A DNA stretch of 64,000 nt, from the IMG/VR virus record IMGVR_UViG_3300045988_080038, positions 1-64,000 of that record; one strand, 5' to 3'. A model generated the notes under the pieces. It had not been told where the DNA came from and did no database searches. It saw nothing but the letters and a program-made list of their open reading frames with translations. The position numbers were made by a program, and so were the translations under genes. This stretch comes from a virus. Within the stretch, counting starts at the first letter, position 1, and every line of letters begins with the position of its first letter. Below, one piece after another: positions 16,161 to 24,213 of the stretch.

Positions 16161-16856
16161 CTACATCGTCACCTGCGCATTACAGTCACGAATCATTATT
16201 TTCGTGTTCATACATGGTTCCCACTCTTTGATATAATCAACCGCTTCCATATATTTCAGCTTCGGAATATTGTTTCTGGCATTTACATCGAAGTATGTTT
16301 TGATATCACGGTTACATTCTGCAAAAACTTTCTTCCCAATCTCTACATAGGCATTTGACTTCTTGCCGCCAAGGATTTCAATGACAACCTGTGACACCAG
16401 ATCGCCAAGATGCTTCTGCTGACCATAGTCAATGGTCATGGTATTCTCAAGCTTCTCGATTCTCTCTTCATGATTTTCGTTGCCACGTGCAAGTAACTGA
16501 ATTTGTTCGGCAAGTGTCATTGGCTTCTGATAAGAGCCTGTCTTTCGAATTGTTGGAAGAACTTCACTTGTTACCCAATGTTTGAATCTCTTAGCTGAAT
16601 CGAGCTTGCTTCCGAATATTAATGCGTATAATCCAGATTCGTTGATTACAACCTGATTTGGGTTGCCTCTTTTTCCGTCGGAAATCACGACGGTATTCTT
16701 ATCCTCTTCAGAAATATGTGTTGCAAGAGCATCTCTTGTATTGGAATATCCCAGTGCTTCTGCCACATCCTTTCCGACAAACCAAGGTTCATTGCCAATA
16801 GTCACTGTTCGGATTTCTCCAAACTCTTCCGAATTAAAAATCTGTAATTCGTTCAT
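16161..16856 (-). CDS. Bro-N domain antirepressor-like protein
   Basis: LQIFNSEEFGEIRTVTIGNEPWFVGKDVAEALGY...INESGLYALIFGSKLDSAKRFKHWVTSEVLPTIRKTG is the Bro-N signature. Confidence 0.8.
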   Translation of the reverse strand: MNELQIFNSEEFGEIRTVTIGNEPWFVGKDVAEALGYSNTRDALATHISEEDKNTVVISDGKRGNPNQVVINESGLYALIFGSKLDSAKRFKHWVTSEVLPTIRKTGSYQKPMTLAEQIQLLARGNENHEERIEKLENTMTIDYGQQKHLGDLVSQVVIEILGGKKSNAYVEIGKKVFAECNRDIKTYFDVNARNNIPKLKYMEAVDYIKEWEPCMNTKIMIRDCNAQVTM

Positions 16857-16869
16857 ACTGCTCCTTTCT

Positions 16870-16888
16870 AATTCAATTTAATTGAATT
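16870..16888. promoter_or_regulatory. operator-like palindrome AATTCAAT-TTA-ATTGAATT
   Basis: Perfect 8+3+8 palindrome. Same consensus as the two sites in the cI-cro intergenic region. Overlaps the cro stop, just upstream of the antirepressor gene. Confidence 0.6.
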
Positions 16889-17081
16889 TATTAGGCACAA
16901 AAATAAAATCCATAGGGATTCCAGAAAGTTCACTCATTTTTCTGAGCTGAGATAATGTAGGTTCAGTTTTTCCTTTCTCCCAGTTAACCACTGTGACATT
17001 GGAAATACCGAATATTTCAGCCCATTCTTTCTGATTGTATCCAGCATTAACACGAACTGCTTCTAACGAAATTTTTGGCAT
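16878..17081 (-). CDS. Cro-like XRE-family HTH regulator
   Basis: GYNQKEWAEIFGISNVTVVNWEKGKTEP HTH. Divergent from the CI-like gene. Confidence 0.8.
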   Translation of the reverse strand: MPKISLEAVRVNAGYNQKEWAEIFGISNVTVVNWEKGKTEPTLSQLRKMSELSGIPMDFIFVPNKFN

Positions 17082-17112
17082 TTGCTCATCTCCTTTCTTA
17101 ACTCATGGACTT

Positions 17113-17141
17113 ATTATAATTCAATCAGATTGAATTGTCAA
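17113..17141 (-). promoter_or_regulatory. early promoter for cro and the leftward operon
   Basis: Minus strand reads TTGACA, a 17-nt spacer, then TATAAT (both hexamers consensus). An operator fills the spacer. Confidence 0.8.
17118..17136. promoter_or_regulatory. operator palindrome AATTCAAT-CAG-ATTGAATT
   Basis: Perfect 19-bp palindrome that exactly occupies the spacer of the cro promoter. Confidence 0.7.
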
Positions 17142-17147
17142 CACCAA

Positions 17148-17166
17148 AATTCAAATTAATTGAATT
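17148..17166. promoter_or_regulatory. operator palindrome AATTCAAA-TTA-ATTGAATT
   Basis: One mismatch from a perfect palindrome. A further half-site, ATTGAATT, lies at 17171-17178. Confidence 0.6.
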
Positions 17167-17171
17167 TGCTA

Positions 17172-17200
17172 TTGAATTTAATTTAATTATGGTGTAAAAT
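17172..17200 (+). promoter_or_regulatory. promoter for the CI-like repressor gene
   Basis: TTGAAT, a 17-nt spacer, then TAAAAT. The -35 overlaps an operator half-site. Confidence 0.55.
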
Positions 17201-17227
17201 ACTAGGTATGAGGAGGATAATAGAATT

Positions 17228-17596
17228 ATGACAGACGAAGAACAAAAGAGGATATTTTCAAACAACCTTAATAGGTATATTTTGAAAAGTGGAAAACAGC
17301 AAAAAGAAGTTGCTGAAGCTATTGGTGCAAACACGTCTACATTTAATATGTGGTGCAAAGGTAATTCTATGCCAGGTACTGGAAAGATTAGGGCTTTAGC
17401 AGATTATTTCCGTATAGGAATGTCAGATTTAACAGATATGAAAGAGAATCACGATCCTGATATTGAATTCGGAGATGTGATTACAAAAATCGAGCAGTCA
17501 GACCCTCGTTTCAAAAGAATTATTCTTGAATACGATAATCTGCCACCCGATAAAAAAGATTTGCTGTGTGATTTTTTTGAAAAATTTGTTTTTTAA
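17228..17596 (+). CDS. CI-like XRE-family repressor
   Basis: GKQQKEVAEAIGANTSTFNMWCKGNSMP HTH plus a C-terminal extension. RBS GAGGAGGA. Confidence 0.8.
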   Translation: MTDEEQKRIFSNNLNRYILKSGKQQKEVAEAIGANTSTFNMWCKGNSMPGTGKIRALADYFRIGMSDLTDMKENHDPDIEFGDVITKIEQSDPRFKRIILEYDNLPPDKKDLLCDFFEKFVF

Positions 17597-17601
17597 GATG
17601 C

Positions 17602-17635
17602 AAGGGCGGGAATTATCTTCCTGCCCTTTCTTCGT
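17602..17635 (+). terminator. intrinsic terminator after the repressor gene
   Basis: 11-bp stem AAGGGCGGGAA/TTCCTGCCCTT (one G-U pair), loop TTATC, then a T-rich tail. Confidence 0.5.
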
Positions 17636-17729
17636 CATATGCTCTTTTTACGCATCCATAAATAAACTTTATTATTGATTCATTATGTATTTTTTGTATC
17701 ATTTCAATAATCTCTTTCTTATAGTCCAT
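17613..17729 (-). CDS. 38-aa peptide
   Basis: GGGAGGG RBS. MDYKKEIIEMIQKIHNESIIKFIYGCVKRAYDEERAGR. Convergent with cI. Confidence 0.3.
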   Translation of the reverse strand: MDYKKEIIEMIQKIHNESIIKFIYGCVKRAYDEERAGR

Positions 17730-17782
17730 AAAATAACCCTCCCTGTTTGCAAACTACTGCCTACATTAAAGTATATGCTCGA

Positions 17783-18163
17783 TTAGCAGATGGAATGCCA
17801 CGAACTTATGTTTGCATTATATCCTATAATATGTCTAATAAAGCGGAATAAGTGGGATGAAACAATATTTCCACGAGGTAATTGCCAATGGTATACCGGA
17901 ATATTTACAATCGCATAGAAATTATTCGTGATAACAAAGGTAAAATCATTCCTCTTTGGAGCAAAATAAAATACAAGCATAGGAATATGCTGCATCTGTT
18001 TCGTGACATTTCTTTTGACTGTTGGTTGTCTGTGCATATGTTGTTCGGAACAAATGCTAGTACCTCTGTTTGTATATTCTTCTACGCATACCGGTGAACT
18101 GATGATGTAGTTGACGTATAATATAATTCCGATAATGGCCAGAATTTGTTTGAATGTTTTCAT
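17783..18163 (-). CDS. membrane-anchored hypothetical protein
   Basis: GAGGTG RBS before MKTFKQILAIIGIILYVNYII (signal anchor). Confidence 0.5.
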   Translation of the reverse strand: MKTFKQILAIIGIILYVNYIISSPVCVEEYTNRGTSICSEQHMHRQPTVKRNVTKQMQHIPMLVFYFAPKRNDFTFVITNNFYAIVNIPVYHWQLPRGNIVSSHLFRFIRHIIGYNANISSWHSIC

Positions 18164-18253
18164 TGATAACACCTCGAATTTTATTATATTTCACTATACT
18201 ACTTGTGCTTTAAATGATATAATATATACAAATTTTACTAAGGAGGATTTACT

Positions 18254-19084
18254 ATGAAAAAGCATTTAAAATTATTAGCGGTGCTTGGTGTCACAAGCAT
18301 TTTGGTTTCATCCACTTCTATCCCGACGTTTGCAGAAGACTTTGTTTTATATGATGAAAACGGAGTACACGTCGAAACAAAAGGCTTAACAGAGTCGCCA
18401 TCAAAAGGAACCATTGGTTTGTATATCGAAAACAATTCTGATCTGAATTTAGGTATTGCACCTTACGCTTATGCCATAAACGGCATCATGGCTGGTGGTG
18501 ACCAATATGGTCTTAATTCTGCCGATGTTGCACCAGGTAAAAAAGCAAATTCTACTATAGAACTTACCAGTGCTTGGGAAAAAACCAATTTTTATAAAGA
18601 TTATCAAATGGATGAATTGAGCAGCTTCGATATTTTGCTGTGGGCTTATGATAATTCAAAAAGCTTTAAAGCTTTCGATAGTGGTCAGGTGCATGTTGAT
18701 GTAACTGGAGCCACGGAAACATCTTCACCTGTGTTAAGTAACGTCCAAAACATATATGATAAAGATGGTATTAGCGTTGATTTTGTATCATCAAAAGAGA
18801 ACAGTTTCACGTTTTGCATCACGAATACAACTGGTCAGTATTTTGTTTACGATGTAGTTTCTGAAACTTATAATGACTTTACAACTTCCGATGTGAATTA
18901 TGAACTGTGCAACAAATATTTGCTGAATAATTGTAAAACAATTATAACCTTAACTCCAACTGACGATTTCCTTTCAATGAACGAGATTTCTGAAATATCA
19001 AAAGTAGATTTCGCATTAACAATCAGACCGTTGGCTGAATATGAAGGTGAATATACTACAGATTTAATATCATATCAGAAGTAA
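18254..19084 (+). CDS. secreted hypothetical protein (moron)
   Basis: Signal peptide MKKHLKLLAVLGVTSILVSSTSIPTFA. RBS AAGGAGGA. An upstream TGaTATAAT element. Confidence 0.65.
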   Translation: MKKHLKLLAVLGVTSILVSSTSIPTFAEDFVLYDENGVHVETKGLTESPSKGTIGLYIENNSDLNLGIAPYAYAINGIMAGGDQYGLNSADVAPGKKANSTIELTSAWEKTNFYKDYQMDELSSFDILLWAYDNSKSFKAFDSGQVHVDVTGATETSSPVLSNVQNIYDKDGISVDFVSSKENSFTFCITNTTGQYFVYDVVSETYNDFTTSDVNYELCNKYLLNNCKTIITLTPTDDFLSMNEISEISKVDFALTIRPLAEYEGEYTTDLISYQK

Positions 19085-19328
19085 AATATAATTTTCTCAT
19101 ATCTTTTATTTATGGACTGACTGCCGGATATTTAAGCACTTTTATTAACACAGGAGAGCAGCTTTGGTAAATTTCCGGCAATTCAGCCCATTTACAGTAT
19201 TAAACTGCTGTAGTATAATATCTGTATAAATACTATCTACATTGTAAATTCTACAACATTTCACCGTAAAAATTGGTAAATTGAATAAATAGCATGTTTT
19301 CGCATAACGAAAAAAGGGTGTGATATAA

Positions 19329-20030
19329 ATGCGAATAGCGATACTTGACGATAACCAGCTTGATATTGATTATTTCAAGGCAAGGGCTGAGTCATTTTTG
19401 AAGAAAAAGGGCGACAGAACGTACCAGATTTCAGAATACACTTCTGGTGTCCCTCTTGTGGATGATGTGAAAGACGGTGAATGGTTTGACTTGATCGTGT
19501 TGGACATCATTTTAAAAGACGGCGAAAATGGTATTGATGTAGCATATAAGTTACGTGGCTCTGGTTATTCCGGAAGTCTGATGTTCTGGACAGCTCATGC
19601 CGGCTACATGCGTGATGCTTTTGATGTTCAGGCAACACAGTATGTTATCAAAGGGCATGAAGATGGAAGGGTGTTTTCCGTAATTGATACTACACTTGGA
19701 AGATTGGAAGAACGGATGCTCACTGTAAAATTCAAAGGTGATTTCCACAGGGTTTTCTTTCGTAACATCGAATATATAGAAAGCCGTGGTCAAATGTGCA
19801 TCATCCATTGCACGTGCAGGCATCAGTATGGTTTTTACCGGCGTCTGCATGAGATAGAAAAAGTTCTGGATCGGCGTTTTGTCCGGTGTCACCGCAGTTA
19901 TATCGTAAACATGGATTATATCGCAAACATTGCATCTGACATCAAGATGATTTCCGGTGATATCGTTTCAATATCGCAGAACCGAAAAAGAGAAATAGAA
20001 CAGATATATCAGGAATATCTCGAAGAATAA
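19329..20030 (+). CDS. LytTR-family response regulator (orphan)
   Basis: Receiver domain (ILDDN, LIVLDI, FWTAH, VIKG) plus a LytTR DNA-binding domain (FRNIEYIESRGQ...FVRCHRSYIVNMDYI). No histidine kinase in the window. Confidence 0.85.
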   Translation: MRIAILDDNQLDIDYFKARAESFLKKKGDRTYQISEYTSGVPLVDDVKDGEWFDLIVLDIILKDGENGIDVAYKLRGSGYSGSLMFWTAHAGYMRDAFDVQATQYVIKGHEDGRVFSVIDTTLGRLEERMLTVKFKGDFHRVFFRNIEYIESRGQMCIIHCTCRHQYGFYRRLHEIEKVLDRRFVRCHRSYIVNMDYIANIASDIKMISGDIVSISQNRKREIEQIYQEYLEE

Positions 20031-20264
20031 GAAAAGAGTCGGGTTTTTATGCTCAACTCTTTTCCTGACTGTCCACTCGTGCCGCTGCTAACAGCCTCGA
20101 ATTGGGACATACAGCTCTTCCGTTCATGCACGGTGGAATCAGTCTGCACTATCAACTTGTGCTAGCCACACAGGGTGCTATACATCATAAGTTCAATCCC
20201 TGTGCGACTATTGAAAGTATACCTTATTTAAAAAGAAAAATCAATTAAAATGTTAAACTTTCTA

Positions 20265-20293
20265 TTGACATACCACCAAATTGGTGGTATTAT
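20265..20293 (+). promoter_or_regulatory. promoter with an embedded palindromic operator
   Basis: TTGACA, a 17-nt spacer, then TATTAT. The 19-bp perfect palindrome TACCACCAA-A-TTGGTGGTA (20271-20289) covers the spacer and runs 2 nt into the -10. Confidence 0.6.
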
Positions 20294-20323
20294 ATAATCA
20301 TCAAAGGAACGGAGGAAAGCAAA

Positions 20324-20671
20324 ATGAAAAAATACAACTTATCAAACATTATGAAAAGAGCATGGGAACTGGTTAAAAAATCCGGAATGACAATTTCCTC
20401 CGGCCTGAGAAAAGCATGGGAGGAGGCCAAGAAAATAGAGAAGAAAATCTTCAAAGGGCGCATGGAAATGGCGGTCCCGGAAGCAGATAACAATGTTGTA
20501 AGTATTAGCTTGTGGCAAAAAGGATCATACAAAAGAATCTACTTCAACGACTACAAAAGAAGAACTGTTGGCTACATTGACTGTGTAAGCCGTGCGGCAC
20601 ATTACATGGAAGGGTATGCTAGAATGTATATCCCAGCTATTGACAGATTTATGGAAGAATATGAGTTTTAA
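20324..20671 (+). CDS. hypothetical protein
   Basis: 115-aa ORF with RBS GGAGGAAAG. Confidence 0.6.
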   Translation: MKKYNLSNIMKRAWELVKKSGMTISSGLRKAWEEAKKIEKKIFKGRMEMAVPEADNNVVSISLWQKGSYKRIYFNDYKRRTVGYIDCVSRAAHYMEGYARMYIPAIDRFMEEYEF

Positions 20672-20689
20672 TTTAAGGAGGAAATAAAA

Positions 20690-21256
20690 ATGGGAAAATG
20701 GACTATTAGAGTTGATGATTCAAAGATGTCGAAACTGAGAAACTACGGAGAATGTTACACACACGGAGGCGGAGCTGGAGGATATTTTGATTTCTTCGGA
20801 GATTCTTTGCAGGAGGCTGCCGATAACCTTATTTATGTTTTCGCAGATGTTTTTTCTGACGACGATGTGACGGTCATAGAATACCCGGAACATGTCATAA
20901 TCGACGAAAAAATATATGAATACGCAAACTGTGCCGAAAAACATATCACACTTATTATACCTTGCAAATGTAAAAGGTATAAAACCGGTGTTGGCGATAT
21001 CAACTTCAACGCCGATATCCGTATCTATCTTCAAGAACAGAAGATGCAAGTAGCTGAGATGCGTGCACTGCTTGACGAATCCCGAATAGCGTTCTCTAAA
21101 CAGTACAACATACCGGTCCGTACGCTTGAAAACTGGGAATCTGGAAAAAGCCAGTGTCCCGAATATGTAAGACAGCTCCTCGAGAGAGCTGTTAAGGAGG
21201 ATGCGAGAGTTAAAAATGATGCAAACACCAACGCAAAAGATACTGAAAGCTTATGA
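20690..21256 (+). CDS. hypothetical protein with a C-terminal antitoxin-like HTH
   Basis: C-terminus FSKQYNIPVRTLENWESGKSQCPEYVRQLLERAV. RBS AAGGAGGAA. Confidence 0.55.
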   Translation: MGKWTIRVDDSKMSKLRNYGECYTHGGGAGGYFDFFGDSLQEAADNLIYVFADVFSDDDVTVIEYPEHVIIDEKIYEYANCAEKHITLIIPCKCKRYKTGVGDINFNADIRIYLQEQKMQVAEMRALLDESRIAFSKQYNIPVRTLENWESGKSQCPEYVRQLLERAVKEDARVKNDANTNAKDTESL

Positions 21257-21542
21257 AGAAAGTCAGACGCTGACCGGCATTCACAAGCTTACCGGATATA
21301 ACTGGCAAAGAATAGCGAAAACGCTTTCTACGGAGGGCATTATAGTCAATGAAACGCAAGCGACTATCATAGATCTGCATTATCGTGGAAAAAGCGCCAG
21401 TGAAATTTCAACCATTACAGGATTTGCAGTGAGTACGGTTATGGCGTACCTTCCAAGAACACGTCCGGCATACATGGAAAACAGGTCCGAAAACGCACTA
21501 AGAATTGAAAAATGTAGAAAAGGAAAAAGCCCCAAGGATTAA
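21201..21542 (+). CDS. hypothetical HTH protein
   Basis: GKSASEISTITGFAVSTVMAYL HTH-like segment. Confidence 0.5.
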   Translation: MRELKMMQTPTQKILKAYEESQTLTGIHKLTGYNWQRIAKTLSTEGIIVNETQATIIDLHYRGKSASEISTITGFAVSTVMAYLPRTRPAYMENRSENALRIEKCRKGKSPKD

Positions 21543-21555
21543 CTCCAAGGGGCTT
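21527..21555. terminator. bidirectional terminator between convergent units
   Basis: 7-bp GC stem AAGCCCC/GGGGCTT flanked by an A-run on one side and a T-run on the other. Confidence 0.55.
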
Positions 21556-21561
21556 AATTTT

Positions 21562-23010
21562 TCACTTAGTATTTGCTTTCATGTGCTCAATCACTCTCTT
21601 CCAGGTATCAATGCCGCAAGTTCCATTTGCCTTTACACCGACATTTTTCTGGAAAACTTTGAGGGAATCATATGTGTCATTCCCAAACTGTCCGTCAACT
21701 TCCACTCCCAGCATCGCCTGAAGCATTGCCACAGCTGTACCGGAACTGCCCTTTCTCAGAATCGGAAGTCTTGTCTGGAAGGTACCGGTAAGCGTAGTTG
21801 AAGATGTACTTACTTTTGCACCGGTGGTAACAGCAATAGCCACGTGGTGATTATCGTTCAGGAGGATATCTCCTGCCTTTAAATAGTCACCAGATGTCAG
21901 ATACTTACTATCCGTCAGTACTTTCGCACCAGCAGCCTTCATTGCGGCTCTCATGTTCCGTGTCGTCAGATAGATACTGACTGCCTTGAGTTTTGCGTTA
22001 TTTAAGCGATACCCAGCCCCCTTGACGATAGCTGCTGTGCTCGCACTGCAATCGGATTCACAAGCTACCGTGATCTGCGCCGGATCGTAGTTGCTCGCCT
22101 TCAGATGCTGCCAGAATGAATACCGGTCATTGCTGTTTCCGGCTGTGCCCTGATCGTACCCGATGAGATTGTTCTGGGCTGCTTTTGTCGCCATATCTGC
22201 GATCATGGCTGCGATTTTGGCGTCATTGAATCTCAGGACACAGAGCCACGGCCTACTGTACCAGTTCATGATCCGATATTCTGTCCCAGTCTGATCTCCT
22301 GCTCTCCCCCCTGCATACCTTCCGTTTTCATCATGCCCACAGTTGCTAATTTTTACCATTTTTGTTTCTCCTTTCTGCGTCGTTCCTCTATAGTCCTTGT
22401 AGAACACATCCATATCGACATTTCCGCTGATGCCGGATACTTTTCCTTTGCTGGAATACTGCCAGCCAATTCCTGCTTTTGGCTTTACCCTTGTTTGTAT
22501 TGTTCCATTATCGGGATCTGGGTAATGTGCAATCCAGCACTCATACTTTCTGAGTGCATCAGTCAAAACGTTATTATACCAGTCCGTGTTGCAGTAGATG
22601 CCGACCTTATAACCAGCTTTCTTCATTCTAGTCAGAAATGCGACTGCAATGTTTTCGACTGCCTGCTTACCGAGTTTTCGCTGATTAGACCACTCGAGAT
22701 CATAGAACACCGGGAAGTCCAGTCCTCGCCCGTTCAGTGCGGCAATCACATCCTCCGCTTCGTCAATAGCCTGTGCCGGTGTCAGAGCGTATGAATACTT
22801 ATACCCACCGATAAGGATTCCGTTGTTCTTGCACCCCTTGTAGTTGTACTCGAATGAGCTGTCAACGCCGGACCTCTGGTGTACTCTCAATATTGCGAAT
22901 TTGATGCCGGATTTAGCTACTTTCGACCAGTCCGGTTTTCCTTGATTGGATGATACGTCAATACCTTTAATTTCCAATTTATCAGCTCCTTTCATAATTT
23001 CATGAAACAT
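21562..23010 (-). CDS. endolysin: GH25 muramidase + NlpC/P60-like domain + PG_binding_1
   Basis: N-terminus IKGIDVSSNQGKPDWSKV...FAILRV is GH25-like. Middle region has DCSAST...GDILLNDNHHVAI. C-terminus has GSSGTAVAMLQAMLGVEVDGQFGNDTYDSLKVFQ. Confidence 0.85.
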   Translation of the reverse strand: MFHEIMKGADKLEIKGIDVSSNQGKPDWSKVAKSGIKFAILRVHQRSGVDSSFEYNYKGCKNNGILIGGYKYSYALTPAQAIDEAEDVIAALNGRGLDFPVFYDLEWSNQRKLGKQAVENIAVAFLTRMKKAGYKVGIYCNTDWYNNVLTDALRKYECWIAHYPDPDNGTIQTRVKPKAGIGWQYSSKGKVSGISGNVDMDVFYKDYRGTTQKGETKMVKISNCGHDENGRYAGGRAGDQTGTEYRIMNWYSRPWLCVLRFNDAKIAAMIADMATKAAQNNLIGYDQGTAGNSNDRYSFWQHLKASNYDPAQITVACESDCSASTAAIVKGAGYRLNNAKLKAVSIYLTTRNMRAAMKAAGAKVLTDSKYLTSGDYLKAGDILLNDNHHVAIAVTTGAKVSTSSTTLTGTFQTRLPILRKGSSGTAVAMLQAMLGVEVDGQFGNDTYDSLKVFQKNVGVKANGTCGIDTWKRVIEHMKANTK

Positions 23011-23989
23011 ATTTGTGGTGGCTGTAGCGTACAGATTCCTGCGCTACTTTTGCGTAAATCATAGTCGTGTCAAGTTTTTCATGTCCGAGCATCTTCTGCA
23101 AGTCAGTGACATTCATCCCCCGTTCGAGCGCCATGCTCGCTGTTGTGTGCCTTATCAGATGTGGGTATAAGTGTCTGCCGATGCCGGAACGTTCGCCAAT
23201 TTGTCGGACTATCTGCTCAATTTGCGTCTTCGTAATGCCCCGATATGGCTGACGGACGGTGGATATCACGCTGTCGGAATCACCTTTCCGACTGAGCCAG
23301 TATTTCTTCAGAGCAACTTCGGCTCTGGCGTTGATATACGATATCCGGTGCTTACTACCTTTTCCGAATAGGTGGACTTCCTTGGTCCGAAAGTCAATGT
23401 CAGCTTTCTTCAGAATCACCATTTCAGAGACACGGCATCCGGTGCTGTAGAACAGTTCCACAAGGGCTTTTTCCCGATAATCCTTGCAAGCATCCCGAAC
23501 TAATTCCAGTTCGATATCAGACAACGGCTCACGTGGTTTGGCTTCAAACTTAATCGGATTTATTCGGCTACAAACATTTTTGGTCAGATACTCTTCCTTG
23601 ACGCACCAGTCCAGAAACGTATGAATAATAAGACGTTTTCCGTCAATCGTCCGGTTGGTGTTGCCTTTTGCCGACAGCCCGAACAGGTACACACGGATAT
23701 CGTTGGTGGTTATCTGGTTCAGCGGCTTATTGACCGTCTGAAAGAAGTCGTCAAGGTTGCACTTGTACGTCCTCAGTGACTGTGGGGACATGCCCTCAAT
23801 CTTTTTCGATACCAGATACACTTTGTAGCACTCCGGCACGCAGTCTTGATATGGCACGATTTCCGTGATTTTCTTCTCAATGTCGAAGTTTGCCGAGAAC
23901 ATTTCCAGTTCCATCAGCACGGTTTTCATCTGCTCCGGCGTCAGCTTTCCGTCCAGTTTGGTCATAAATTCGGTTGCGAAATTTTCCAT
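23000..23989 (-). CDS. tyrosine recombinase / integrase
   Basis: C-terminal catalytic region HLIRHTTASMALERGMNVTDLQKMLGHEKLDTTMIYAKV. AAGGAGGG RBS before the ATG at 23989. The tracked ATG at 24028 lacks an RBS. Confidence 0.85.
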   Translation of the reverse strand: MENFATEFMTKLDGKLTPEQMKTVLMELEMFSANFDIEKKITEIVPYQDCVPECYKVYLVSKKIEGMSPQSLRTYKCNLDDFFQTVNKPLNQITTNDIRVYLFGLSAKGNTNRTIDGKRLIIHTFLDWCVKEEYLTKNVCSRINPIKFEAKPREPLSDIELELVRDACKDYREKALVELFYSTGCRVSEMVILKKADIDFRTKEVHLFGKGSKHRISYINARAEVALKKYWLSRKGDSDSVISTVRQPYRGITKTQIEQIVRQIGERSGIGRHLYPHLIRHTTASMALERGMNVTDLQKMLGHEKLDTTMIYAKVAQESVRYSHHKYVS

Positions 23990-24213
23990 GAAAAAAGCCC
24001 TCCTTTTGGGTACACAAAGGGAAGGCACTGTGATATAATATACCTGTACCCTTTGTGGTGCTGTTGGAGTCGAACTTTTTGATTGGTAGTCGGGAGTTCG
24101 GCTCCTTTTTTGCTATAATGTTTTGTCCGTATTATAACACTTAGCACATCACCGTGGTAGCTTTTTTATGAAATTTTCAAAGTTTCTTAATCAACTAAAT
24201 GGGAAGAGGAAAA

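Noticed and set aside
20169-20204. tRNA-3'-end-like fragment (…AAGTTCAATCCCTGTGCGACTA) downstream of the LytTR gene as a relic att site
   Set aside because: It only forms a 7-bp hairpin, CACAGGG/CCCTGTG. No acceptor or full T arm can be drawn and there is no matching repeat elsewhere in the window, so the evidence is too weak.
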